A DNA stretch of 64,000 nucleotides, from assembly GCA_045577435.1 (NCBI GenBank), contig JAZNIL010000061.1:583-64582 (forward strand), given 5' to 3'. The position numbers and the translations under genes were made by a program. This document shows, one piece after another, positions 19,020 through 31,789 of the stretch. The notes below the pieces were generated by a model that saw only the letters and a program-made list of their open reading frames with translations, did not search any database and was not told where the DNA came from. Positions within the stretch are counted from its first letter, which is position 1, and every line of letters begins with the position of its first letter. Source of the stretch: Faecousia sp. GTDB taxonomy: Bacteria; Bacillota; Clostridia; Oscillospirales; Oscillospiraceae.

Positions 19020-19604
19020 ATGGATATGTTAATGAGTTGGATTTTTACCGGACTTGTATGTATTTCCCTGGCAGCTGCCCTGCTCACCGGAAGCGGAAGC
19101 GCTCTTGCGGCGGCCATTCCCAAGGGCGCGCAGAATGGGATTACCCTAGCCATTTCTCTGGCTGGCTCTTTATGCTTATGGACAGGCGTTGGAGCGCTTA
19201 TGGAGAGAATCGGGTGGACCGCAGGACTTTCCAAGCTTCTAAGTCCCATACTTTGCCGGCTGTTTCCCTCAACCGAGCAGAACAAAGCTCTGGCTGGGAG
19301 CTTAAGCGCCAATGTATGCGCCAACATTCTGGGTCTGGGCAATGCAGCCACACCCATGGGGATTCAGGCAGCGCAGATCATGGCAGCGGGCAGCCACACC
19401 GCCTCAGACGAGCTGTGCAGACTGATTGTGCTGAACACTGCGTCCATACAGCTGATTCCCTCCACAGTAGCCGCCCTTAGGGTAAGCCACGGCTGCAGCA
19501 CACCCTTTGATATTCTTCCCTGCGTGTGGCTCACAAGCATTTTGTCTGCCGGTATCGGTCTTTGCAGCGCATGGCTGCTGGGAAAGGTGTGGAAGCATGC
19601 GTGA
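19020..19604 (+). CDS. spmA: Spore maturation protein A
   Basis: ANILGLGNAATPMGI, LNTASIQLIP; followed by spmB. Confidence 0.93.
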   Translation: MDMLMSWIFTGLVCISLAAALLTGSGSALAAAIPKGAQNGITLAISLAGSLCLWTGVGALMERIGWTAGLSKLLSPILCRLFPSTEQNKALAGSLSANVCANILGLGNAATPMGIQAAQIMAAGSHTASDELCRLIVLNTASIQLIPSTVAALRVSHGCSTPFDILPCVWLTSILSAGIGLCSAWLLGKVWKHA

Positions 19605-20109
19605 TTACATTGTACCTGTGCTGCTCACAGCGGTATGCTGCGCTGCCGCCAGAAAACAGGAGAATACCTATGACATTCTCACAGGCGGTGCTACCGAAGG
19701 ACTAAAACTGCTGCTGACACTGGTGCCCACATTGGTACTGCTGATGACAGGTGTGACCATGCTCCGGGTCTCAGGAGCTGTGGAATTATTAAGCCGCTTT
19801 TTGTCCCCTATTTTCTCTTTCTTTGGGATTCCGCCGGAGACGGCCATACTGGTGCTGATCCGTCCCATCAGCGGCAGCGCCGCCCTTGCGGTGGGTGCGG
19901 ATCTGATGATGGAATACGGTGTGGACTCTGTAATCGGCAGGACAGCGGCGGTAATGCTGGGTTCCACAGAAACCACCTTTTACACCATCAGTGTTTATTT
20001 TGGCGCGGCGGGTATCAAAAAGACCAGATACACCCTGCCTGCTGCCCTAATGGCGGATTTTACCGGATTTTTTGTTGCGTCACTGAGTGTACGCTGGTTT
20101 ATGACATAA
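19597..20109 (+). CDS. spmB: Spore maturation protein B
   Basis: RPISGS, GSTETTFYTISVYFG; ATG at 19597 overlaps the spmA stop. Confidence 0.93.
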   Translation: MRDYIVPVLLTAVCCAAARKQENTYDILTGGATEGLKLLLTLVPTLVLLMTGVTMLRVSGAVELLSRFLSPIFSFFGIPPETAILVLIRPISGSAALAVGADLMMEYGVDSVIGRTAAVMLGSTETTFYTISVYFGAAGIKKTRYTLPAALMADFTGFFVASLSVRWFMT

Positions 20110-20141
20110 AAAAGGCGTATCGCATCAGCGATACGCCTTTT
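20110..20141. terminator. Bidirectional terminator
   Basis: AAAAGGCGTATCGC-ATCA-GCGATACGCCTTTT between convergent genes. Confidence 0.85.
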
Positions 20142-20152
20142 CACAGCTAAGA

Positions 20153-20605
20153 TTAGTCCTCGTCCTCGTCGAAAGAGAACTCCAGAGTTTCACCGCACTC
20201 GGGACAGACGATGCTTCCCTCTTCCAGGGTGTCCTCGTCGAAATCAATCACATTGCCGCAAGCGCACTTCACTTCATAGATGGTGGTTTCCTCGTCACCG
20301 TAGTCAAACCCCTCATCATCGAAATCGTCCTCGTAGTCCTCATCGTCGTAGTCGTCTTCTTCGTAATCGTCGTAGTCGTCTTCTTCGTCCAGGATGTAGT
20401 CCTCGATGGCATCCAGATCTTCCTCGATCTCATCCAGCTCGTCGGAGATGGCGATGGTGGTGTCCTCCACGTCGGTCAGTTTCTTGGTGATGTCACCCAG
20501 AAGCTCCACAATGGAAGCAATCATCTTACCCTCAGCCTTTTCGGTATCCAGCTGCAGGCCATCCATCAGGCCCTTCAAGTAGGCAGACTTTTCGGAAACA
20601 GTCAT
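20153..20605 (-). CDS. CD1247-like acidic zinc-ribbon protein
   Basis: SEKSAYLKGLMDG N-terminus, long D/E tract, C-terminal CAC and CPECG; follows efp as is usual in Clostridia. Confidence 0.75.
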   Translation of the reverse strand: MTVSEKSAYLKGLMDGLQLDTEKAEGKMIASIVELLGDITKKLTDVEDTTIAISDELDEIEEDLDAIEDYILDEEDDYDDYEEDDYDDEDYEDDFDDEGFDYGDEETTIYEVKCACGNVIDFDEDTLEEGSIVCPECGETLEFSFDEDED

Positions 20606-20651
20606 AACAAACTCTCCTTTACCTATACGGTATGGTGCAAATGACCCTTAC

Positions 20652-21215
20652 TTATGCCTTGGAGCGGCCCAGGTACTCACCGGTGCGGGTGTCAACCTGG
20701 ATCTTGTCGCCCTCATTGATGAACAGGGGAACCTTAACCTCTGCGCCGGTCTCCAGAGTTGCGGGCTTCAGGGTGTTGGTTGCGGTGTTGCCGGCAAAAC
20801 CAGGCTCGGTAGCGGTAACGATCAGGTCAGCAAAGTTGGGAACTTCCACGCCAAAGACGTTGCCCTTGTAGCTCATAATGGTGCAGGTGTCGTTTTCCTT
20901 AACGAAGTTGAAGGAATCGTCCAGAGCACTCTTCTCGATGGGAACCAGTTCGTAGGTCTCGCTGTCCATGAAGTAGTACAGCTCGCCATCGTTATAGGAG
21001 TAGTCCATCTTCTTACGCTCAATGTAAGCAGTGGGATACTTGGCAGAGGGGTTGAAGCTGGTTTCAGTCACACCGCCGGTAATCACGTTCTTCATCTTAA
21101 CACGAACGAACGCGGCACCCTTGCCGGGCTTAACGTGCTGGAACTCGATAACCTGCATAACCTTGCCATCCATATCGAAGGTGATGCCGTTTCTAAATTC
21201 GCCTGCAGAAATCAT
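20652..21215 (-). CDS. efp: Elongation factor P
   Basis: HVKPGKGAAFVR, KPATLETG, VPLFI, DTRTGEY. Confidence 0.98.
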   Translation of the reverse strand: MISAGEFRNGITFDMDGKVMQVIEFQHVKPGKGAAFVRVKMKNVITGGVTETSFNPSAKYPTAYIERKKMDYSYNDGELYYFMDSETYELVPIEKSALDDSFNFVKENDTCTIMSYKGNVFGVEVPNFADLIVTATEPGFAGNTATNTLKPATLETGAEVKVPLFINEGDKIQVDTRTGEYLGRSKA

Positions 21216-21274
21216 TGAAATATCCTCCTAAGTGTATGCCCTATTGGGCTGGTTTATAATATGTTAGCTGATAT

Positions 21275-21303
21275 ATTCTAACCGAAAATCAGCCATTTTG
21301 CAA
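21275..21303 (-). promoter_or_regulatory. Putative sigA promoter of efp
   Basis: TTGCAA-17 nt-TAGAAT. Confidence 0.65.
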
Positions 21304-21321
21304 GGGCAAATCGGAATTTTT

Positions 21322-22386
21322 TCACACAATTATCAAATTCTTGGGGCTTTGGGTGATATTATCATAGCCACCGGCCTTAAAAATCACTACATCCTCAATT
21401 CTTACACCGAATTTTCCCGGCAAATAGATACCCGGCTCTGCCGAGCACACCATGTTTTCTTCCATGATCGTCTCTCCGGTAATGGCACAGCGGGGATCCT
21501 CGTGTACCTCCATACCCAGGCAATGGCCATAGCCGTGACCGAAATACTCTCCATAGCCCGCCTGCTTGATATAATCCCGGGCGGCTGCGTCCACCTGTTT
21601 ACCGGGAATCCCTGCTTTTGTAGCGGCAAGGCCCGCAAGCTGGGCCTGCAGGACAGTGTTATACACCTTTTCCATCTCTTCTGTCACATACCCAACCGCC
21701 ACCGTGCGGGTCATATCTGCGCAGTAGCCCTCAAACAGTGCGCCAAAATCCATGGTGACAAAATCGCCGTTTTCAATCACCCGGTCGCCGGGTACGCCAT
21801 GAGGCAGGCTGGTATTGGGGCCGGACACCACGATAGGGCTGAAAGCAAGCCCGTCAGCGCCGTTTTTATACAGGCAGTAGATCAACTCCGCCTGAAGCTG
21901 CTTTTCCGTCATACCTGCCTGAATGCTGGTCAGGATCTGGGAAAATGCCTTATCTGTAATGGCCTGGGCTTTTTTCATCCGCTGCAGTTCCCATTCTTCC
22001 TTGACCCAGCGGAACCGGTGAATTTTATCATTGACGGGAACAAGCTCCGCATGGAGCAACTGCTGAAACTGTATCAGTTCCGCTGCGGACAGATAGTTTT
22101 CCTCATAGCCCAGTTTCTTAATCCCCAGCTCATGGATCGCCCGGTTCAGCAGGATAGGATAGGTGTCCACATGGTCAGTCATAGTGACCTCAAAGCCGTG
22201 AATATTGTTCTGAGCGGATTCGATATAACGGCTGTCGGTAAAGTAGCGGCAGCCGGACTTGGACACAACAGCAACGCCTTCAGCGATATCAAATTCCGCC
22301 GCGTAATGCCGGCTGTACCGGGAACTGAGCAGCAGACCGTCTATATTATCGCCCAGAATGGACAGGTATTTATCAATATTTTTCAC
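21322..22386 (-). CDS. Xaa-Pro peptidase, M24 family (YqhT/PepQ-like)
   Basis: TDSRY, DFG, DMTRT, HGYGH, HEDP, EPGIY, RIED; GTG start overlapping the upstream stop. Confidence 0.92.
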   Translation of the reverse strand: MKNIDKYLSILGDNIDGLLLSSRYSRHYAAEFDIAEGVAVVSKSGCRYFTDSRYIESAQNNIHGFEVTMTDHVDTYPILLNRAIHELGIKKLGYEENYLSAAELIQFQQLLHAELVPVNDKIHRFRWVKEEWELQRMKKAQAITDKAFSQILTSIQAGMTEKQLQAELIYCLYKNGADGLAFSPIVVSGPNTSLPHGVPGDRVIENGDFVTMDFGALFEGYCADMTRTVAVGYVTEEMEKVYNTVLQAQLAGLAATKAGIPGKQVDAAARDYIKQAGYGEYFGHGYGHCLGMEVHEDPRCAITGETIMEENMVCSAEPGIYLPGKFGVRIEDVVIFKAGGYDNITQSPKNLIIV

Positions 22387-22886
22387 AGGTCGATCCTCCT
22401 TTTTCCCGCTGCCAAAATAAAGGGCAGCTCCGCCACGTGCCGCAGCTTCAGCCAAATGTTGTGGTTATCAATGGCCTTGACCAAAATGGAGCGGACACCG
22501 GCGCCGTTGGCACCCAAGGTATCGGTAAATATCTGATCCCCTACCAAGGCGCAGTTCGCCTCAGGAATCCCATACCTGGCAAGGCACTGGCGGATTCCTT
22601 TGACAAAGGGTTTGCGGGCATGGGTAATGCAATCCAGGCCGTACTGCTGGCAAAATATTCTCACCCTGTCTTTATGGCTGTTGGATACCACACACAGCTT
22701 TATCCCGGAACAGAGCATATCCCGAATCCAACAATTCATCTGCTCTGTGGGTACATCTGTGGTATAAGGCACAATGGTATTGTCAAAGTCCAGCATTAAA
22801 AGCTGAATCTGCTTTTCCTCCAGAAATTCAGCCGTCAAATCCGTCAGCTTTGGGACGATCATGCTGGGCAGCAGGGAAACAGGCAT
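22383..22886 (-). CDS. yqeG: YqeG family HAD IIIA phosphatase
   Basis: DFDNT, VVSN, ARKP, VGDQIFTD. Confidence 0.9.
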   Translation of the reverse strand: MPVSLLPSMIVPKLTDLTAEFLEEKQIQLLMLDFDNTIVPYTTDVPTEQMNCWIRDMLCSGIKLCVVSNSHKDRVRIFCQQYGLDCITHARKPFVKGIRQCLARYGIPEANCALVGDQIFTDTLGANGAGVRSILVKAIDNHNIWLKLRHVAELPFILAAGKRRIDL

Positions 22887-22946
22887 AACAGGCACCTGCC
22901 TTTCATAGGCTTTCTACGCAGTAAATTATAGCACGGCGGGAGGCGT

Positions 22947-23702
22947 TTGTCTATGGAAACCACACTTTATCTGGCTATGACCGCCGGGGAGATGGCTGCT
23001 GCAGAGCACCTGCCACCCCATTGCGCCTGGATGTCCTGTCATTTTTCCTCCTACAGCACAGGGCTTTCCAATTGTCCTGCAGAACTGCCGGAGGGTTCGC
23101 TTATCATGGTTAATGACAGGATCCCCATCTGGCACCACGATCCTGCCCACATTCTGCTGCAGCTGCAGCATTTGACACAGACGCTCTGCCCGGAGGGAAT
23201 CGTATTGGATTTTCAGCGTCCTTCCTGCTGGGAAACAGAACAGCTTACAGGGATTCTTGTGAAAGAGCTGCCCTGCCCTGTTGCCGTTTCCGAGCTTTAT
23301 GCAGGCAGTTACGCCTGCCCTGTTTTTCTTTCCGCACCGCCCCTACACCTGTGTCTGGAAACCCACCTGGAAAAATGGGATGGGCGGGAAGTTTGGCTGG
23401 AGGCGGCCCTCTCCGGGGAGACACTGACCGTCACCCCAGAAGGATGCCAGGAGGAAGAATTTACGCCGGAGATATCTGCCCTGTATCCGTTTCAGGATGA
23501 AAAGCTACTGTGCGGTTATAATTTTTCCGTGGAGGAAGAAAAGGCAGTATTTACCCTGCAACGCCGGGCGGAAGATCTATATAAGCTGCTGACAAGGGCT
23601 GGGGAACTGGGAATCTCCAAGGCCGTCGGACTATATCAGCAATTAAAGAACTTCCCGCCCAAGGATGTCCTTGAGCGGGATACAGTCAGAATCCGGTCAT
23701 AA
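22947..23702 (+). CDS. Hypothetical protein, possibly a degenerate GH18-like fold
   Basis: ORF with GGGAGG RBS; EGIVLDFQ resembles the GH18 DGxxxDxE motif; family call is tentative. Confidence 0.55.
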   Translation: MSMETTLYLAMTAGEMAAAEHLPPHCAWMSCHFSSYSTGLSNCPAELPEGSLIMVNDRIPIWHHDPAHILLQLQHLTQTLCPEGIVLDFQRPSCWETEQLTGILVKELPCPVAVSELYAGSYACPVFLSAPPLHLCLETHLEKWDGREVWLEAALSGETLTVTPEGCQEEEFTPEISALYPFQDEKLLCGYNFSVEEEKAVFTLQRRAEDLYKLLTRAGELGISKAVGLYQQLKNFPPKDVLERDTVRIRS

Positions 23703-24891
23703 TTTCCACCAGCATATTTACGCACTGCTGCATATCCTCCACCGGGATATACTCAAATCTGCCGTGGTAGTTCTCCCCTCCGGTGCACAGATTGGGGCAC
23801 GGCAACCCTTCATAGGAAAGTCTTGCGCCGTCCGTTCCGCCACGGATAGGCACGGTCTTGGGTGTCATACCTGCCCGCTCCATGGCTTTCATGGCCCGCT
23901 CCACCACATACATACAGGGTTCAATGCACTGCTTCATATTGAAATAGCTGTCCCGGATGGTCAGTTCCGCAGTACCTTCTCCGTACTTGCGGTTAATAAA
24001 TTCCGCGGCCGCCTCCATAACGGCTTTCTTTCTGCGGAACTTTTCCATATCGTGGTCGCGGATGATATACTGCAGACTACTCTGCTCCACACAGCCCTCC
24101 ATGCCCATGAGCATAATGAAGCCCTCATAGCCCTGGGTGTACTCCGGACGCTGCTGCACAGGGAGCAGGCTCTGGTATTCCATAGCGATTAGCGAGGAAT
24201 TGACCATTTTATCCTTGGCAGCGCCGGGATGGATATTCAAGCCGTGGAACACCACTTTGGCGCCGGCCGCGTTGAAGTTTTCATACTCCATCTCCCCTAC
24301 CGCGCCGCCGTCTACGGTGTAGGCGTACTCTGCGCCGAAATTGGCAACGTCAAACAGGTCTGCGCCTCTGCCGATCTCCTCATCGGGGGTAAAGCCGATT
24401 TTCAGCGTGGCGTGGTTCATTTTTGTGGTAAGCAGAAATTCCGCCGCTGTTAGGATTTCCGCAACGCCGGCCTTGTTGTCCGCACCCAAAAGGGTGGTTC
24501 CATCGGTGACAATCAGGTGCTTGCCGTGATGGTTTTTTAAGCTTTCATAGTCGCTCTCCCGCAGGAAAATTCCCTTTTCTTCGTTCAGGCAAATGTCCTG
24601 TCCGTCATAATAAACCACCTTGGCCTTGACATCCTTACCGGAGGTATCCGGAGAGGTATCCATATGGGCAATCAGTCCAATGGCAGGCAGTTTGGGATCG
24701 CCGGGCACTGTGCCATAGACATAGCCGTGCTCATCCATATGGGCATCGGCAATACCCATCTGCAGCATTTCCTCCACCAGTGCGCTGCCCAGCAGCTTCT
24801 GCTTTGCTGTGGATGGGCAGGTCTGGCTGTTTTCATCCGATTGGGTATCGAACCCTACATACCGCAGGAAACGATCTGTAACAGTCTGCAT
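23686..24891 (-). CDS. pepT: Peptidase T (M20B tripeptidase)
   Basis: AHMDT, TLLGADNKAG, FTPDEEIGRG, IRDHD, IRGGTDG. Confidence 0.95.
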   Translation of the reverse strand: MQTVTDRFLRYVGFDTQSDENSQTCPSTAKQKLLGSALVEEMLQMGIADAHMDEHGYVYGTVPGDPKLPAIGLIAHMDTSPDTSGKDVKAKVVYYDGQDICLNEEKGIFLRESDYESLKNHHGKHLIVTDGTTLLGADNKAGVAEILTAAEFLLTTKMNHATLKIGFTPDEEIGRGADLFDVANFGAEYAYTVDGGAVGEMEYENFNAAGAKVVFHGLNIHPGAAKDKMVNSSLIAMEYQSLLPVQQRPEYTQGYEGFIMLMGMEGCVEQSSLQYIIRDHDMEKFRRKKAVMEAAAEFINRKYGEGTAELTIRDSYFNMKQCIEPCMYVVERAMKAMERAGMTPKTVPIRGGTDGARLSYEGLPCPNLCTGGENYHGRFEYIPVEDMQQCVNMLVEIMTGF

Positions 24892-24929
24892 ATCCTATCT
24901 CCTTAATCACTGTTTCTCTTTAACAGAAT

Positions 24930-24957
24930 AAGGGCCGCCGCTTATGCGACGGCCCTT
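24930..24957 (-). terminator. Terminator-like hairpin after ackA
   Basis: AAGGGCCGTCGC-ATAA-GCGGCGGCCCTT on the minus strand followed by ATTCTGTT. Confidence 0.65.
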
Positions 24958-24966
24958 TGTGGCTTT

Positions 24967-26157
24967 TTACTTTGCAGCGTTGACCAGCTCAGCAGTATCC
25001 TGCGCGATCATCAGCTCTTCGTTGGTGGGAACGATCCAAACCTGAACCTTGGAGTTGGGAGTGGAAATAACCATTTCCTTACCACGGTTGTTGTTCAGCT
25101 CGTCATCGATCTCTACACCCATGAAGCCCAGGTACTCACAGATGGCCTTACGGGTGGAAACGCCGTTTTCACCAACACCGGCGGTGAAGGTCAGAACGTC
25201 AATGCCGTTCAGAGCGGCAGCGTAGGCGCCGACATACTTGGCAACCTCGTAAGCAAACTTGTCCAGAGCCAGACGGCAGTTCTCGTCGCCCTTGTTGGCG
25301 CCGTCTTCCAGATCACGGAAGTCGGAGGAAACACCGCTCAGTGCCAGCATGCCGGACTTCTTGTTGAGCATGTTCAGGCAATCATCAACGCTCATGCCGT
25401 ACTTGTTGCAGATGAACTGCACCACGCATGCGTCGATGTCGCCGGAACGGGTGCCCATAGGCACACCGGCCAGAGGAGACAGACCCATGGTGGTATCCAT
25501 GCACTTGCCGTCCTTGATAGCGGACATGGAAGAACCGTTGCCCAGATGGCAGTTGACCATCTTGAATTCCTTCTTGCCAATCAGCTCAGCGGTACGGCGG
25601 GCGATATACTTATGGCTGGTGCCATGGAAGCCGTAACGGCGGATATCGTCGTTCTCGTAGTACTCAGTGGGGATGGCATAGCGGTAAGCCTTGGGAGGCA
25701 TGGTCATGTGGAACGCAGTATCGAACACAGCGACCTGAGGAGTCTTGGGCATAACAGCCTGGCAAGCCTCGATACCCATCAGGTTAGCAGGGTTGTGCAG
25801 AGGTCCCAGAGGAATGCACTTCTTGATAGCGGCAATGACTTCGTCATTGATGATGCAGGAATCAGAGAACTCCATGCCGCCATGCAGAACACGGTGGCCC
25901 ACAGCGTCGATCTCGTCGACGGACTTAATAACACCGTCCACAGGGTCAACCAGGATGTCCAGCACAGCAGCAATCGCCTCGGAGTGAGTGGGCATGGGGA
26001 TATCCTTAACCACCTTCTTGTCACCGACCTTGTGGTTCAGGCGGCCATCGATATAGATACGCTCGCACAGACCCTTGGCGGAAACATCACCGGTCTCGGG
26101 GTTCATCAGCTGATACTTCAGGCTGGAAGAACCAGCGTTGATAATCAGAACATTCAT
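24967..26157 (-). CDS. ackA: Acetate kinase
   Basis: INAGSSSLKYQ, GHRVLHGG, PLHNP, VFDTAFH, RYGFHGTSH, HLGNG, TNEEL; codon usage suggests high expression. Confidence 0.97.
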   Translation of the reverse strand: MNVLIINAGSSSLKYQLMNPETGDVSAKGLCERIYIDGRLNHKVGDKKVVKDIPMPTHSEAIAAVLDILVDPVDGVIKSVDEIDAVGHRVLHGGMEFSDSCIINDEVIAAIKKCIPLGPLHNPANLMGIEACQAVMPKTPQVAVFDTAFHMTMPPKAYRYAIPTEYYENDDIRRYGFHGTSHKYIARRTAELIGKKEFKMVNCHLGNGSSMSAIKDGKCMDTTMGLSPLAGVPMGTRSGDIDACVVQFICNKYGMSVDDCLNMLNKKSGMLALSGVSSDFRDLEDGANKGDENCRLALDKFAYEVAKYVGAYAAALNGIDVLTFTAGVGENGVSTRKAICEYLGFMGVEIDDELNNNRGKEMVISTPNSKVQVWIVPTNEELMIAQDTAELVNAAK

Positions 26158-26297
26158 TGGAATCGTCCTCCTAAAAAATAAAATGTTTTTCTTTTCTGGC
26201 ATAATGTGGTAATATAACCATAGCTGGGTCTATTCTATAATATATTTCCCAATTTCTCAAGTCCCAAGAGAAAGTTTTTTTACAAAGGAGGGATATT

Positions 26298-27443
26298 TTG
26301 GCTGTCACAGGTATTATCTGCGAGTACAATCCCCTGCACCTAGGACACAAAAAGCAGCTGGACCTTATCCGCCGGGACGATCACGATGGCGCCATCGTGT
26401 GCCTGATGAGCGGAAATTTCGTCCAGCGGGGCAAGCCTGCCATTGTGGACAACTCCCTGCGGGCAGAGGCGGCTGTGCGCTGCGGCGCAGATCTGGTGCT
26501 GGAGCTTCCCGTTACCGCTTGTCTTTCCTCCGCGGAGGGTTTTGCGCAGGAGGGCGTGCGGATTCTGTCCGGCTTTTGTGATCGGCTCTGCTTTGGAGCA
26601 GAAACCGCCAGCAAAGAGGCGCTGCTTGCTTCCGCAAGACTTTTGCTGTCCCCGGAGTTTCCGGAGGCGCTGTCCGCGCAGCTGGACAAAGGTCTTTCTT
26701 TCCCTGCAGCCCGTCAGGCAGCGCTGGAGCAATTGGGCGTGCAGGCAGATACCCTCTCCCATCCCAACGATATTCTGGCTACAGAATACTGCAAAGCCAT
26801 TATAAAACAGGGCGTTTCCATGGAGCCTATGCCCATTTTGCGGCAGGGGCAGTACCATAACACCCAAGCCGACGGGGAGAATCCCTCCGCCACTTCCGTC
26901 CGGGCGCTGATGCTGGAAAGCGGCGTCTGGTTGGACTATGTGCCTCAACAGGCTCGGCAATGCTTTGAAGGCGCTCCCCTGCACGACCTGCGATTCGGCC
27001 ATCGGGCAGTGCTGGGAAAGCTGCGTACCATGTCTGAGGCAGAATTTGAGCAGCTCCCCTACGGCAGCGAGGGGCTGTGGAGAAAACTGATGCACAGCTG
27101 CCGGCAGAACGTCTCTCTGGAAGAAATTCTCACCGCCACAAAGTCCAAACGGTACACCCGCACCCGGCTGGACAGGATGGTGATGTGCGCCTTTTTGGGT
27201 ATTACCGAGCAGATAATCCAGACCCCTGCCCCCTATGTGAGAATCCTTGCTTTCAATGACAAGGGCCGAGATATCTTAAAAAAGGCAAGGGCCACCGGTG
27301 ACTTCCGCAACGCAGGTGAACAGACCTGTCTGCCCTACCAGGCCCTTGAGGATCGCTGCGGCGCGCTGTATGGCCTGTTCCGGCAGGATCAGCCCGATCC
27401 CCCTGATATAGAAAAATTACGCAGAGTCCATTATATCCCCTGA
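26298..27443 (+). CDS. tmcAL: tRNA(Met) cytidine acetate ligase (YlbM family)
   Basis: GIICEYNPLHLGH, MSGNFVQRG, PNDILA, SATSVR, KSKRYT; divergent from ackA. Confidence 0.88.
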   Translation: MAVTGIICEYNPLHLGHKKQLDLIRRDDHDGAIVCLMSGNFVQRGKPAIVDNSLRAEAAVRCGADLVLELPVTACLSSAEGFAQEGVRILSGFCDRLCFGAETASKEALLASARLLLSPEFPEALSAQLDKGLSFPAARQAALEQLGVQADTLSHPNDILATEYCKAIIKQGVSMEPMPILRQGQYHNTQADGENPSATSVRALMLESGVWLDYVPQQARQCFEGAPLHDLRFGHRAVLGKLRTMSEAEFEQLPYGSEGLWRKLMHSCRQNVSLEEILTATKSKRYTRTRLDRMVMCAFLGITEQIIQTPAPYVRILAFNDKGRDILKKARATGDFRNAGEQTCLPYQALEDRCGALYGLFRQDQPDPPDIEKLRRVHYIP

Positions 27444-27446
27444 CCG

Positions 27447-27483
27447 AAAAGACGCATCCCGACAATACCGGGATGCGTCTTTT
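27447..27483. terminator. Bidirectional terminator tmcAL/atp operon
   Basis: AAAAGACGCATCCCG...CGGGATGCGTCTTTT. Confidence 0.85.
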
Positions 27484-27507
27484 AGTCTAAGTGAAGGTAA
27501 TTTCAGG

Positions 27508-29327
<1,820 letters not shown>

Positions 29328-29399
29328 TCATTTTTAGGGCGCACAGGCAGTCGACAAAACAAGCCGTGCTCCGGCAAGCCCGCCGGAAATGACAGTTTT

Positions 29400-30242
29400 T
29401 TATGAGCCGGCAACGATCTCGGTAATTTCCTGCGTAATGGCGGCCTGACGGGCCCGGTTAAACTGCAGGCTCAATTCCCCGATCATTTCTTCGGCGTTTT
29501 GTGTGGCTGAGTCCATCGCTGTGCGCCGGGCAGCCTGCTCTGAGCATCGGCTCTCGCAAAGCGCCCCGTACAGCACACCACCCAGGTATTCCGGGATAAT
29601 TGCCTGGAAAACACTTTGACTGTCCGGCTCGTACACCATGTCACTGCCGGGCTTGGCAGCAGCTGTTTTCTGGTGTACCAGGGGCAGAAGCTTCAGCACT
29701 CCGGGTGTCTGGGACAGCACAGAAACGAAATTGGTATACACAAGGTGAATTTCATCAAATTCCCTTGCCATAAAACGCTTGCACAAATCCTTAGCGATGG
29801 TAAAGCAATCACTGATGCCCAATTCCTCCGCCTCGGCATAGCTGTCTGTAAGAATCTGCACATTCCGGGCCTTGAAGAACTCCACCGTCTTCTTGCCCAC
29901 AGGCAGAACAGCGGCATTCTTCCCCTCCATATGGGACATGGCCAGCTTCAGCACGCTGCTGTTATAGCCGCCCGCAAGACCCCGGTCACCGGCGATCACA
30001 ATATACACCGATTTGTTTACCGGGCGCTCCTGCAGGTATTCCGAGGACAATTCCCGGTCAGCAGCAACAATATCGTGAATGGTCTCATAGAGAATTTCAA
30101 AATACGGACGGGAGGAAAGGACCTGCGCCTGAGCACGGCGCAGTTTGGAAGCGGCCACCATTTCCATAGCCTTGGTGATTTGCTTGGTGGACTCCATACT
30201 GCGGATCCGGCTTTTGATCTCCTTGGTGGAAACACCTGCCAT
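29400..30242 (-). CDS. atpG: ATP synthase F1 gamma
   Basis: ITKAMEMVAASK, DRGLAG, RQAAITQEITEIV. Confidence 0.97.
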   Translation of the reverse strand: MAGVSTKEIKSRIRSMESTKQITKAMEMVAASKLRRAQAQVLSSRPYFEILYETIHDIVAADRELSSEYLQERPVNKSVYIVIAGDRGLAGGYNSSVLKLAMSHMEGKNAAVLPVGKKTVEFFKARNVQILTDSYAEAEELGISDCFTIAKDLCKRFMAREFDEIHLVYTNFVSVLSQTPGVLKLLPLVHQKTAAAKPGSDMVYEPDSQSVFQAIIPEYLGGVLYGALCESRCSEQAARRTAMDSATQNAEEMIGELSLQFNRARQAAITQEITEIVAGS

Positions 30243-30257
30243 AGTGGTATTCCCTCC

Positions 30258-31775
<1,518 letters not shown>

Positions 31776-31789
31776 CTACCCACTTTCTG

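Noticed and set aside
20320-20405. TCGTAGTC-type short repeats suggesting a tandem array
   Set aside because: They encode the D/E/Y tract of the acidic protein; no repeat-spacer structure.
24465-24490. PepT ADNKAG instead of ADDKAG
   Set aside because: The first Asp, the expected metal ligand, is retained; not evidence of inactivation.
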